Shown here: positions 1 to 10,092 of the stretch, in pieces
Layout of the letters: every line of letters begins with the position of its first letter
Numbering within the stretch: position 1 is the first letter of the stretch
NCBI GenBank assembly: GCA_029068165.1
Contig: JAIEDA010000013.1
Location: 71,863 to 135,862 of the forward strand
Reading direction: 5' to 3'
From: Clostridia bacterium
GTDB taxonomy: Bacteria > Bacillota > Clostridia > Christensenellales > UBA3700
Length of the DNA stretch: 64,000 nt
Position numbers and translations under genes: made by a program
The notes under the pieces: generated by a model
What the model was told of the DNA's origin: nothing
The model's database searches: none
What the model saw: the letters and a program-made list of their open reading frames with translations, nothing else

Positions 1-223
1 TCAGCTTAGGATTGGCTTTTTTCAACCGTTTAACAGCTCCAATATTACCCAAAGCTCTTTTTTCGGCGTTATCTCTTATACAACAGGTATTGAAAACGAT
101 TACGTCGGCGCTTTCTATCTCTTCGCACATCCCGTAACCCAAATCTTCAAGTATTCCGGCTATCTTTTCCGACTCGTGAATATTCATTTGACAGCCATAC
201 GTAATAATCTTGTATTTTTGCAT
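1..223 (-). CDS. miaB: tRNA methylthiotransferase MiaB-like, N-terminal 74 codons only (gene runs off the window start)
   Basis: Minus-strand ATG at 221-223, absent from the ORF track because the window edge truncates it. Translation MQKYKIITYGCQMNIHESEKIAGILEDLGY...VFNTCCIRDNAEKRALGNIG matches the N-terminal MTTase (UPF0004) domain of MiaB-type radical-SAM enzymes. Confidence 0.7.
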   Translation of the reverse strand, partial: MQKYKIITYGCQMNIHESEKIAGILEDLGYGMCEEIESADVIVFNTCCIRDNAEKRALGNIGAVKRLKKANPKL

Positions 224-273
224 ATAACAATTATATCGAAAAAATAAAGAAAAAACAAGTATAAAGTATTATA

Positions 274-2538
274 ATGAAAAAAAATAATAAAAATAACAAA
301 AAGATATTCAAAACGTTTTTCGCAATAGCCTGCGTAATAATTGCCGTATCGGTATTGGCTTTAAGTTTCTTCTTTGGCGCGTTATACTTTGGAGGAGATG
401 AACCTGATATGAACTTGCTTAGACAAACCCATTATTCTTTGAACGTTTACGACAGCAAAAACCAACTGATGCTCAACACCGACTCCCAAGAATACGTCGA
501 ATACTCGCAAATCCCCAAACTGCTTTCCGACGCGTTTATAGCCGTCGAAGACAAAAGGTTTTATTCTCACCACGGCATAGACTTTATTCGCGTATTCGGA
601 GCGTTGATCAATAACGTAAAAGGCAACCGCACTCAAGGCGCTTCCACCATCACTCAGCAGCTTGTTAAAAATACTTACCTAAGCAGCGAGCAAACGTTTT
701 CTAGAAAATTTAAGGAAATGCAAGCCGCAATAAAGCTAGAGAAGAATCTATCCAAAGAAGAAATATTGGAATACTATCTTAATATGCTCTACTTCGGCAG
801 CGGCGAATACGGCGTAAAAAACGCTTCTATGCGCTTCTTCTCAAAAGAGCTTTCTCAGCTTAACGCTCTTGAATGCGCTATGCTCGCAGGAATAGTAAAA
901 AGCCCCACAAAATATAATCCCATAAACAATTACGACAACTCTATCGCCCGCGCAAAAGTCGTATTGAAGTTGATGTATGAACAAAATATAATATCAGAAG
1001 ATATATACGGTAGTTATAAAAATAGCGATATTATTATACAAAACACAATAAATGAGAATACTTTAGCCAATAATTATCTAAATTCAGCGATCTACGAAGC
1101 AAGCTCAATTCTAGGAATATCCGAAAAAGATTTGCTTAGCGGTTGCTACAATTTATACACTTACTACGATAGCGAAACGCAAAACAAGCTATCCTCTATC
1201 GTTTTAAATTCAAATTATTATCAAGACAATACAACGGGCGGACTGGGATTGATTTGCGACAACAATAGCCGTGGAATTAAGGCTTTTGTCGCAAATAAAA
1301 ACGTCAACGTTTTTGAATACCGCCGACAGGTAGGTTCGACAATCAAGCCGCTCGCCTGCTACGCCCCCGCTTTGGATCAAGGCTTGATTTCGCCGAGCAC
1401 GAGAATATTAGATGAGCCCACTTCTTTCGGCGACTATTCTCCGTCCAACTTTAAAGACCAATATTACGGCTGGGTAAGCGCAAGCGACTGCATTGCAAAC
1501 TCGCTAAACGTACCGTCGGTGAAGATAATACAACAACTCGGGTGCGAAACAGCTGTCAACTACTTGAAAAAGATGAACATCCAAGCCGTAGACGAAGACA
1601 AAAATCTAGCCTTAGCTTTGGGCGGCATGACTTACGGTATGAATATGATTGAACTTCTAGGCGGCTACTCTACTCTCGCAAATTACGGTTTATACAAAAC
1701 TCCGTCTTTTATAAACAAAATTACTGATAAAGACGGCAACATTCTATACGATAGCGAGTCTAAAATTGCAAACCGCGTATTCGACGAACAAAGCAGCTAT
1801 TTAATGACGGATATGCTTTTGGCTTGCAGCAATAACGGAACTGCGAAAAAATTAAAGAGCTTAAATTTCGATATTGCCTGCAAGACCGGCACGGTGTCTA
1901 TGTCAAACAAGGCTTTCAACAGCGATATATTTTCCGTTGCGTACACAAGCTTGGACACTATGCTGTTTTGGCAAGGCGACAACGCTTTGGACGCTTCGCA
2001 AACCGGCGGCGGCACAACTACTCTTATGATGAAGAACTTTGCATCCACCTATTATAGCGACGAAACTCCCGAAAATTTCTATACTCCCAGCGGCATAGAA
2101 GAATTAAATATCGATAAATACTCGTACGAAAACCTCAACGAAATAGTCTTAGCAAGTCAAAACGCTCCTCAAAAGACGGTCATAAAAGGATTATTCTCTC
2201 AAAAGTGCCTGCCTTCCGCAAAAGACAGCACCTATGATAGAATAGCTATTGACGATATATCGTTTAGCCAATCTAGCGGATACGTTACGATAAACTTTGA
2301 GTACAACCCAAAACTAAACTATAAAATCTACAAACGAGATTTTGCCAAAGGCGAACTTTTGATTGACGATATAAAATGCAATAGCGGCGAGGCAAGCATA
2401 AAGGTCGACGTTGACAGCTTCTTTGGAAATAAGATAACCGTTATACCGTATTATGTCGACGATAACAACTTAGAAATAATAGGCAGTCCCTATAAATTCT
2501 ACTCAAATTCCATCATATCCAATATTTTTTCTAATTAG
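274..2538 (+). CDS. Class A penicillin-binding protein (bifunctional transglycosylase/transpeptidase, PBP1A family)
   Basis: 754 aa with an N-terminal TM segment. GT51 motifs EDKRFYSHHGID and GASTITQQL, followed by transpeptidase motifs STIKP (SxxK), SLN and KTGT. Confidence 0.9.
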   Translation: MKKNNKNNKKIFKTFFAIACVIIAVSVLALSFFFGALYFGGDEPDMNLLRQTHYSLNVYDSKNQLMLNTDSQEYVEYSQIPKLLSDAFIAVEDKRFYSHHGIDFIRVFGALINNVKGNRTQGASTITQQLVKNTYLSSEQTFSRKFKEMQAAIKLEKNLSKEEILEYYLNMLYFGSGEYGVKNASMRFFSKELSQLNALECAMLAGIVKSPTKYNPINNYDNSIARAKVVLKLMYEQNIISEDIYGSYKNSDIIIQNTINENTLANNYLNSAIYEASSILGISEKDLLSGCYNLYTYYDSETQNKLSSIVLNSNYYQDNTTGGLGLICDNNSRGIKAFVANKNVNVFEYRRQVGSTIKPLACYAPALDQGLISPSTRILDEPTSFGDYSPSNFKDQYYGWVSASDCIANSLNVPSVKIIQQLGCETAVNYLKKMNIQAVDEDKNLALALGGMTYGMNMIELLGGYSTLANYGLYKTPSFINKITDKDGNILYDSESKIANRVFDEQSSYLMTDMLLACSNNGTAKKLKSLNFDIACKTGTVSMSNKAFNSDIFSVAYTSLDTMLFWQGDNALDASQTGGGTTTLMMKNFASTYYSDETPENFYTPSGIEELNIDKYSYENLNEIVLASQNAPQKTVIKGLFSQKCLPSAKDSTYDRIAIDDISFSQSSGYVTINFEYNPKLNYKIYKRDFAKGELLIDDIKCNSGEASIKVDVDSFFGNKITVIPYYVDDNNLEIIGSPYKFYSNSIISNIFSN

Positions 2539-2556
2539 GAATATAGGTATAAATAG

Positions 2557-2585
2557 AAAAATGACGGCTATATTGCCGTCATTTT
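2557..2585. terminator. Bidirectional intrinsic terminator between convergent PBP and thiI genes
   Basis: Perfect hairpin AAAATGACGGC-tatat-GCCGTCATTT flanked by A-run and T-run. Confidence 0.7.
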
Positions 2586-2589
2586 AAAT

Positions 2590-3765
2590 TTAATATTTCA
2601 TCTTTATATATAAATCCTCTATGCCTTCAATAGCTTCTTCTATCATTTTATCTAGTCCTATGATTTTAGCCTGCTCTTTCTTAGCGACCTCTAAATCGGG
2701 TTTTATAACCGGATTCTTTGGCAAGAATACAGTACAACAATCTTCGTACGGCAATTCGGAAATCGCGTAAGTATCTATCTTTTCCGCCGTTTCCATTATC
2801 TCATACTTATCCATACCTATCAAAGGTCTAAACACGGGTAGGCTCTTGACAGCGTCGTTTGTTACCGTAATACTCTTCGTCGTTTGACTGGCAACTTGAG
2901 CCAAACTTTCACCCGTTATCAACGCTCCGCAATGATGTTTCATTGCCAGTTTCTCAGCTATTTCAACCATAATTCTTCGCATTATCGTAATCATATAGTC
3001 CTCGCGGCAATACTCGTGTATAGCCTGTTGAATGTTGGTAAACTTGACAACGAATAGTCTTATATCTCCGCAATACTTAGTTAATTTACCAGCTAAATCT
3101 ATGACCTTTTGCCTAGCGAGTTCGCTCGTATGCGGATAGCTATGATAATGAACTCCGAAAATTTCCATTCCCCTGCGAGCCATTCTATAACCCGCTACAG
3201 GACTATCAAAACCTCCGCTCAGCAGCAGCATACCTCTTCCCGCCGTACCGACAGGCATACCTTGCGCGCACTCAATTTTATCAGAAAAGATATACGAATA
3301 TCCGTTTTCTCTTATATCAACGCAAATCTCACTCTTGGGATAATATAAATCAACGCTAAGTTTAGCGTTTTGCGATAAAAGATAACCGCCTAGCATAGCC
3401 GAAATTTGCATACTCGTTTTGTCCAAGCTCTTATCAGCTCTCTTGGTCGTCACCCTGAAAGCGCCGTCTTGCGGCGCGAAATCGTTTATCGCCTCTTTTA
3501 GGTTATCGTAACTCGTAGGCAGCTTGGTAGCTATCGAAAGCGAATGAAGACCGAATACTTTGCTTACTCTTTGAATTATTTCGTCTTGCGAATTTTCGTC
3601 GTAGTCCTCTATGTAGTATCTATTTTGAGTGCGGATAAACTTATATTCAATGCCCGTCAAAGACTTCTTTATATTTTCAATCAGTCTTTTTTCAAACATA
3701 TTCCTATTTTTGCCTTTAAGAAACAATTCGCCGTATCTTAAAAGTATAACTTGCTTTTTCTCCAT
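2590..3765 (-). CDS. thiI: tRNA 4-thiouridine(8) synthase / sulfurtransferase ThiI (no rhodanese domain)
   Basis: 391 aa. N-terminus LLRYGELFLKGKNR, THUMP region, and PP-loop SGGFDSPVA. Adjacent to a cysteine desulfurase, as in the Bacillus nifZ-thiI pair. Confidence 0.9.
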   Translation of the reverse strand: MEKKQVILLRYGELFLKGKNRNMFEKRLIENIKKSLTGIEYKFIRTQNRYYIEDYDENSQDEIIQRVSKVFGLHSLSIATKLPTSYDNLKEAINDFAPQDGAFRVTTKRADKSLDKTSMQISAMLGGYLLSQNAKLSVDLYYPKSEICVDIRENGYSYIFSDKIECAQGMPVGTAGRGMLLLSGGFDSPVAGYRMARRGMEIFGVHYHSYPHTSELARQKVIDLAGKLTKYCGDIRLFVVKFTNIQQAIHEYCREDYMITIMRRIMVEIAEKLAMKHHCGALITGESLAQVASQTTKSITVTNDAVKSLPVFRPLIGMDKYEIMETAEKIDTYAISELPYEDCCTVFLPKNPVIKPDLEVAKKEQAKIIGLDKMIEEAIEGIEDLYIKMKY

Positions 3766-3767
3766 AA

Positions 3768-4952
3768 TTACCTCTTTTTTAACCTAGACAAAATACAATC
3801 TTCTTTACTAGAAGATTTGTTTTGATATTTAATCAATTCTTCAAGACTTTCCTTAAGTGCGTTGATAAACGCGTCAATATCTTTTTTAGAGTTCCTTTCG
3901 CAAAAACTTACTCTCAGCATACCTTGAGCGTAATCGTCGGTAATGCCGAGCGCTTGCGGTATTCTCTTCGTAGACTTTCTTGAACTGCACGCCGACCCCG
4001 TACCTACCAAAACTCCTTTATCTTCTAGACAATGTACCAAGACCTCGCCTTGCGCGCTGTTTATAGCAAAAGAAAGAATATACGGCGAAGATTTTTGCAA
4101 ATCGGTATTGATTTTCAAGTTTTCAAAATTATCCGATAGCTTTTCAACGAGGTAATCTCTCAAGCTTGCTACGCAATCGTAATGCTCCTTAATTCTAGAA
4201 AAGCCCTTCTCAACAACGCTTGCAAAAGCGACTACACCCGCCACGTTCTCGGTAGCCGATCTAATTCCAAACTCCTGACCGCCGCCATAGACGAACGTCT
4301 TTAGAAAAAGACCGCTCCTGCAATACAACGCTCCCACGCCTTTAGGCGCGTGAACCTTGTGCGCGCTTAACGTATACAAGTCTACGCCAAGTTCCTTAAC
4401 CCTTACGGGAATTTTCCCATAGGCCTGAACGCCGTCGCTATGGAAAATCGCTCTAGGAGATTTTACCTTTATAAGTTTGGATATAGCCGCCAAATCGTTC
4501 AAAGCGCCAGTTTCGTTGCACACGTGCATAATCGACACCAACACGACTTTTTCATCCAATAGCTCGCTAAGTTTTTCAACTTCAGTCCTGCCGAATTTAT
4601 CGCACGGCGCAAAGATCACGTCGTAGCCTCTTACCTTTAATTCCAACGCGGCGTTATAGACGGCGCTATGCTCGCTCGAACCGACGATAACCTTACCGGT
4701 CTTTGCGCGAAGCGAACACAAAAGCGCGATATTATCTCCTTCGCTGCCTGAAGCGGTAAATATAATTTCTTCGCCCTTAGCGCCTAAAGATTTAGCCAAA
4801 ACGTTTCTTGCATTCTTAACGGCGCTTGACGCGTCTATTGCTTTTTTATATAAAGCCGAAGGATTATAGAATACGTTGCAACCGTATTCGACAAAAGCCT
4901 TAACGCAATCTTCGTCCATTTGCGTAGTTGCAGCATTGTCAAGATATATCAC
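3768..4952 (-). CDS. Class V aminotransferase cysteine desulfurase (NifZ/IscS-like partner of ThiI)
   Basis: IYLDNAATT N-terminus, SAHKVHAPKGVG PLP-lysine motif, and GSACSS active-site loop. I prefer the GTG start at 4952 (GAGGTGG Shine-Dalgarno) over the track's TTG at 4964. Confidence 0.9.
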   Translation of the reverse strand: MIYLDNAATTQMDEDCVKAFVEYGCNVFYNPSALYKKAIDASSAVKNARNVLAKSLGAKGEEIIFTASGSEGDNIALLCSLRAKTGKVIVGSSEHSAVYNAALELKVRGYDVIFAPCDKFGRTEVEKLSELLDEKVVLVSIMHVCNETGALNDLAAISKLIKVKSPRAIFHSDGVQAYGKIPVRVKELGVDLYTLSAHKVHAPKGVGALYCRSGLFLKTFVYGGGQEFGIRSATENVAGVVAFASVVEKGFSRIKEHYDCVASLRDYLVEKLSDNFENLKINTDLQKSSPYILSFAINSAQGEVLVHCLEDKGVLVGTGSACSSRKSTKRIPQALGITDDYAQGMLRVSFCERNSKKDIDAFINALKESLEELIKYQNKSSSKEDCILSRLKKR

Positions 4953-5418
4953 GAGCCACCTCAATCAACGAATACATATAATCGTCAAAATTCAACGAAT
5001 AGTTTTTACCCGATAATTTTACCACATATCCCACTCGCGCGCAACCTTTCGGGACTAGCGCGATTATTTTTTCACCGTTCATCATTCCTATTGAATACTT
5101 TTCAACTATCAAGTCTTTCGCCTTTGCGTCAAAGACCTTTACGTTAATTCCCCCGTACGATTTCGCCACCCGCAAAATGCCGTTATCGTATTCAATAATC
5201 ACCGTATAAACGAGAAATACGGTAGAAAATTGTATCAATATAACTACAACGAGCGACACCGCGTACCATATCAAATCATAGTATTTCTTATTGCCAAGGC
5301 AAGCAAAAATTCCAACCAAAATTACGAGCAACGCGACGACACAAAGCGATAGAATAATGTGTTTTAGAATTGATTTACCGTCGGTTTTAATCTTTTGAGT
5401 ATAACGCAAGCCGTCCAT
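4939..5418 (-). CDS. Hypothetical two-TM membrane protein with a small soluble C-terminal domain
   Basis: 159-aa ORF between mutS2 and the desulfurase, with two clear hydrophobic helices and no recognisable motif. Coding status rests on the tight operon fit. Confidence 0.5.
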   Translation of the reverse strand: MDGLRYTQKIKTDGKSILKHIILSLCVVALLVILVGIFACLGNKKYYDLIWYAVSLVVVILIQFSTVFLVYTVIIEYDNGILRVAKSYGGINVKVFDAKAKDLIVEKYSIGMMNGEKIIALVPKGCARVGYVVKLSGKNYSLNFDDYMYSLIEVARDIS

Positions 5419-5422
5419 TTTA

Positions 5423-7783
5423 TCACTTCAAAGTAGCGATAGTCACACCGCTTTCACCCTCTCCGTATTTGCCCAGTCTAAATGATTCTACCAAACTCGA
5501 ATCTTTCAAATAATCTTGAACCGCCTTTCTCAATATTCCGCTACCTTTGCCGTGCACGATTCTAACCTCGTTACAATTTCGCAAGACAGCCTCGCTCAAA
5601 TAGCTTTCAAGATTAAATAAAGCTTCGTCAACGCGCTGACCAATAAGATTCAACTCATAAGAGAACGGCTTGTTCGTGAACTCTTTGCTTACGGTAACCT
5701 TGACCTTTTCTTTTTCAATTCTCAAATTGACTTTAGAGCATTGCTCAAACTTGACGTTTGTCGTCAATATGCCTACTTTGACTTGATACTCTTTCTTTTT
5801 CTCGTTGATTTTTACAACCTCTCCGACTTTTTCAAGCGATGAAATATATACGTTATCTCCGACTTTTATTTCTCCGTCGCACGTCTCAAAAGAGTTTATA
5901 GGCTTTTGTTCTTCTATATTTATATTTGATAGTTTCTTCTTAAGTTTTCTCGCCTCAAAAAGCGCCTCTTCATCGCCCTTTTTAATTTGTTCTTTTAGTT
6001 GTTCGACCAAATCCTCAGCTTCTTCCAAATATTCGGAAAGCAATTCTTTTGCCGATTTTTTCATCTTTTCTTCAAGCATTTCCTTTTGCGTATTCAGCTC
6101 TTCTAAAGCAGTCTTAGCTTCTTTAGCAACTCGCTCGGCTTCTTGATAGTTTTCTTTAGCTTTACGTTCGTATTCAAGAGCTTCCCGTCTAGACTTTTCC
6201 GCTCCTTTGATTACGTTGTCAAAAGCTATCTTTTCTTTTGACAATCTTCCCTTAGCGCCCTCTACGATTGATTTCTTTAACCCCAAATAAGTAGCTATTT
6301 CCAAAGCGTTTGAGGAAGCCGAATGCCCCATAATCAATTTATAAGTCGGAGCAAGCGTTCTTGGATCAAAATCCATACCCGCTATTCCCACGCCCTTAGT
6401 AGCAAACGCGTACTCTTTCAACTCGCTATAATGAGTACTCGTAACCGTCTTACAGCCTTTATCTTTGAAGTATTCAATAAAGCTTATCGCCAACGCGCTA
6501 CCTTCTATAGGATCGGTACCGCCGCCCAATTCATCAAGCAATAGCAAACAATTTTCGCCCACGTGATTGCTGATATAAATCAAATTTACGAGGTGCGACG
6601 AAAACGTTGATAAGTTTTGCTCTATATTTTGCTCGTCGCCTATATCGCAAAAAACGTTATCAAACACGGCAAGCGTACTATCGGCGTCGCAAGGCGCAAA
6701 TATCCCGCCCGCTATCATCAACGAAAGTATTCCCATCAACTTCAAGCACACTGTTTTTCCGCCCGTATTCGGTCCTGTAATCATTAGCGTATTATAGTCG
6801 CCGCCTACACTAATCGACACAGGTACGACTTTTTCTTTATCGATTAGAGGATGTCTACCGTCAATTATATTTACGTAGCCTTGAGAGTTCAGCCTTACTC
6901 TTTGCCCCTTAATCTCCTCAGCGTATCTTGCTTTTGCGAAAATGCTATCTAAATACGCAACGCGTTTATAACTGCTTGTCAAACTTTCGCTCGCGTAGCC
7001 TATCTTTTGCGTAAAGAACTGCAATATCCGTTCAATTTCGTTGCTTTCTTCCGCGCGCAAAGTCCTCAGCTCGTTGTTAAGTTCTACGATAGCCATAGGC
7101 TCGACGTAAACCGTAGCTCCCGACGACGATTGGTCGTGAACCAATCCTTTTATTTGCTTCGCGTACTCGCTTTTTAGCGGAACAACGTATCTATTATTGC
7201 GCATTGTAATCAACGAGTCTTGAAGATAAGAAGCGTAATTTGCCGAAGTAATATAAGAATTTAGCTTTTGCCGTATTCTATCATTGCAGTTTTTGATACT
7301 TTGACGGATTGATTTCAACGCGCTTGAAGCGTCGTCGCTTATTTCGTTTTCGCCCAAAATACTTGAGTATATACTGTTTTCAAGCTCGTTATCTATATAT
7401 AAATCGTTTAGCAACACTTTGATATCCCCGACTTCCGCGTCGTTAATGCCGCTTATCGCATTATAAAGCAAGCGCGAAGTACGCAACAATCTCCCCACTT
7501 TTAGTACGTCCAAGCAAGATAGCGCGGCTTGTCTTTGCGCATTGCTTAATATATCCGTCATAACGTCTACGGAAAAAGACGGCGAAACGCAGTGTTCGTA
7601 AGTAATTTTATAAGCTTGCTCAGTTAGATCGAGCAAATATCCCGCTTGCTCCAATTCGACAGTCGGAGTTATGGACAAAACGGTAGTTTTAGCAAGCTCG
7701 GACGAAGTATAGTTGGCTATTGCGCCCAAAATCTTTTCGTATTCCAAAACTTTAAGAGTTTTTCTATTAATAAATTTGCCCAT
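5423..7783 (-). CDS. mutS2: Endonuclease MutS2 (MutS ATPase domain plus C-terminal Smr)
   Basis: 786 aa. Walker A GPNTGGKT, LLLLDELGGGTDP, a coiled-coil region, and an Smr domain (IVHGKGSGILR). Confidence 0.95.
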   Translation of the reverse strand: MGKFINRKTLKVLEYEKILGAIANYTSSELAKTTVLSITPTVELEQAGYLLDLTEQAYKITYEHCVSPSFSVDVMTDILSNAQRQAALSCLDVLKVGRLLRTSRLLYNAISGINDAEVGDIKVLLNDLYIDNELENSIYSSILGENEISDDASSALKSIRQSIKNCNDRIRQKLNSYITSANYASYLQDSLITMRNNRYVVPLKSEYAKQIKGLVHDQSSSGATVYVEPMAIVELNNELRTLRAEESNEIERILQFFTQKIGYASESLTSSYKRVAYLDSIFAKARYAEEIKGQRVRLNSQGYVNIIDGRHPLIDKEKVVPVSISVGGDYNTLMITGPNTGGKTVCLKLMGILSLMIAGGIFAPCDADSTLAVFDNVFCDIGDEQNIEQNLSTFSSHLVNLIYISNHVGENCLLLLDELGGGTDPIEGSALAISFIEYFKDKGCKTVTSTHYSELKEYAFATKGVGIAGMDFDPRTLAPTYKLIMGHSASSNALEIATYLGLKKSIVEGAKGRLSKEKIAFDNVIKGAEKSRREALEYERKAKENYQEAERVAKEAKTALEELNTQKEMLEEKMKKSAKELLSEYLEEAEDLVEQLKEQIKKGDEEALFEARKLKKKLSNINIEEQKPINSFETCDGEIKVGDNVYISSLEKVGEVVKINEKKKEYQVKVGILTTNVKFEQCSKVNLRIEKEKVKVTVSKEFTNKPFSYELNLIGQRVDEALFNLESYLSEAVLRNCNEVRIVHGKGSGILRKAVQDYLKDSSLVESFRLGKYGEGESGVTIATLK

Positions 7784-7789
7784 ACAGCG

Positions 7790-10090
7790 TTATTTTACTC
7801 CCCTAAATAAGTGCCCATACGTAGAATTATCGACACCTACGCCACTTTTTTTACTAAAATCATCAACAATTTTCACGATATCGTCTTGAGCGCAACCGCT
7901 TAAGTTGATATAAAAATCGCCGTCTAAGAGAGAAATTTTATTTCTAACGTCTACGATTTGTTGATTATAAAGTTCAAATTGACAGTACTTTACCTTAATT
8001 CTCTCTATTTTATACTCGCCGCGCTTATCGTAATAACTGAATCCGTCTTTATATTTACAGTCGGCGCAGTCGCAACCCGTATTGGCTTGAACCGGACAAT
8101 GCAAAAGCGTCATAATGGCAAGCTTTCCGTAGCCAAATATTATTCCGTCATCCACGAGCTCTCTTCTATTCAGCTCGACGGAATTAATCGCTCCGTCCAA
8201 ACCGATGATTTTTGAGTAACGACTATTATATACGTTAAGTCCGATTCCGCCTATCACCGCTATATCCAACGCTTTCGCTATATAAACGCCGTAAAGGTTA
8301 TCGGCAACTATTCCGTCAAAACTCAAGCGGTTTTCTTCAAGCGTTTTCACTACTATATCATAGTCTTGCCCTCTAGCTACACGAGGCAATTTTAGAAATA
8401 TATTTTCTATATTCTTCTTAATTAAGTCGTTTTCTAGAATAATTTTTATCATTTTAGCCAAATTCGTGCTAAATTGCAAACATAGATTGATTTTGCAATC
8501 TAATCTTTCTAGCGACTTCAGGCTTCCCTCGGTGCCGTCTATTTCAACAAACAATCCATTAATTTTGTCGTTCAGTTTTTTATTTCCAAATGACGTTTTA
8601 TGCTTATTAAAATCTACTCTATGCCTTTTATTTTCAAAGTCGTTGATAATTTTTCTTCTCAACTCTTCAACGGCGATTCGCCTTATACTGTTGAGCTGAG
8701 ATAGCGGAATAAAACAAGACTCTTCGTTGCCAGCAACAAACTCTACGTCGTCAAAAGTTGAACTAAACTCGCTCTCCCCTAAACGCAACAGTTGCTTCTT
8801 TACGGTTTCTTCGTCGGTTTTCTTTGATAGAGCCGCTTCAACAATCTCTCCGTAAACGCATGCCTCAAAACCGCCGCAGGCTGCCATAAGTTTCAACCTT
8901 TCTCCTACTATTGCCTCGAGCTTTAACTTTATGGACAATTTAGGACTGACATTTTCAAATCTATCAACTTGACTTTTGTCTAGCGTTAAGCAAACGCCGC
9001 TTCCAATATCATACTTTTTATTTGTTTTAATAACGAAACAGTCGCCTTTTTTCTTTATATCATTTATGCAAAAGCCGCCAAGTTCACGTCCGCTCTTTAT
9101 GACCTTTACTCCGTCGCCGACGTTTAGGGGCTTGTTAAGACGGACTTTTAGCGCGCCATTGTCATACCCTATTATTTTTCCTACTTCCTCGCCTATATTT
9201 CCGTTTATCTTATCAAAGATTATTTGCTTGGTATTCTCGTAATTATATCCTTGAGTAAAGTTGCCGCGATTGTATGCCCTTTTAAGCGACGAATAATCGA
9301 TTCTATTATTATTTCCGTAAAGCAAATTATCTACCGCTTTTCTATACTGCTCTACCACGCTTCCTACGTAATGCGGCTGCTTTAATCGCCCTTCGATTTT
9401 TAAACTGTCGACTCCTGCCAAATGCAAATCGTTTAATTTATCAATAAGACATTGGTCTTTAGTGGAAAGCAAATACTTCTCTTCTTTGCAATAAGTTGAA
9501 GTATATTTCAATCTACAAGGTTGATTGCACCTGCCTCGATTGCCGCTATCGCCGTTCATCATCGACGAAGCCAAGCAACCGCCCGAAAAACTTACGCACA
9601 AAGCGCCGTGCACAAAATATTCTATCTCTAGAGAAGTCCCGTTTTTAATCTTGGAAATATCTTCCAACAACGTTTCCCGAGCCAACACTATTCGACTAAA
9701 GCCCAGTTCTTCCAACACTTTTGCGCCCGCCAAGTTATGAACGCCGATTTGAGTACTGCCGTGCAAAGGGATATCGTACTTTTTGAATACGTCCAAAGTA
9801 CCCAAATCAGTAACTATGAAAGCGTCGACGTTGGCTTTGGCAGCAGCTTCAACGTACTGCTCAAAGATGTCAAACTCAGCGTTTTTTATTTGAGTATTGA
9901 ACGTAACGTAAACTTTTACGCCAAACAAATGACACTTCTCTACGTAAGTACGGATATTGTCCTTAGTAAAGTTACCCGCCTTTATTCTAGCGTTGAACAA
10001 GTCCAACCCCAAATATACAGCGTCGGCGCCCGAATATATTGCGGAATTTAACGCTTGAATATTTCCGACAGGCGCTAATACTTCCAACAT
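7790..10090 (-). CDS. Long U32-family protein (annotated family name peptidase U32; likely an RNA hydroxylase-type enzyme)
   Basis: 766 aa. N-terminal MLEVLAPVGN...GADAVYLG and the cysteine-rich CNQPCRL motif typical of U32, with a long C-terminal extension containing a second U32-like cysteine cluster. Confidence 0.85.
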   Translation of the reverse strand: MLEVLAPVGNIQALNSAIYSGADAVYLGLDLFNARIKAGNFTKDNIRTYVEKCHLFGVKVYVTFNTQIKNAEFDIFEQYVEAAAKANVDAFIVTDLGTLDVFKKYDIPLHGSTQIGVHNLAGAKVLEELGFSRIVLARETLLEDISKIKNGTSLEIEYFVHGALCVSFSGGCLASSMMNGDSGNRGRCNQPCRLKYTSTYCKEEKYLLSTKDQCLIDKLNDLHLAGVDSLKIEGRLKQPHYVGSVVEQYRKAVDNLLYGNNNRIDYSSLKRAYNRGNFTQGYNYENTKQIIFDKINGNIGEEVGKIIGYDNGALKVRLNKPLNVGDGVKVIKSGRELGGFCINDIKKKGDCFVIKTNKKYDIGSGVCLTLDKSQVDRFENVSPKLSIKLKLEAIVGERLKLMAACGGFEACVYGEIVEAALSKKTDEETVKKQLLRLGESEFSSTFDDVEFVAGNEESCFIPLSQLNSIRRIAVEELRRKIINDFENKRHRVDFNKHKTSFGNKKLNDKINGLFVEIDGTEGSLKSLERLDCKINLCLQFSTNLAKMIKIILENDLIKKNIENIFLKLPRVARGQDYDIVVKTLEENRLSFDGIVADNLYGVYIAKALDIAVIGGIGLNVYNSRYSKIIGLDGAINSVELNRRELVDDGIIFGYGKLAIMTLLHCPVQANTGCDCADCKYKDGFSYYDKRGEYKIERIKVKYCQFELYNQQIVDVRNKISLLDGDFYINLSGCAQDDIVKIVDDFSKKSGVGVDNSTYGHLFRGVK

Positions 10091-10092
10091 AC

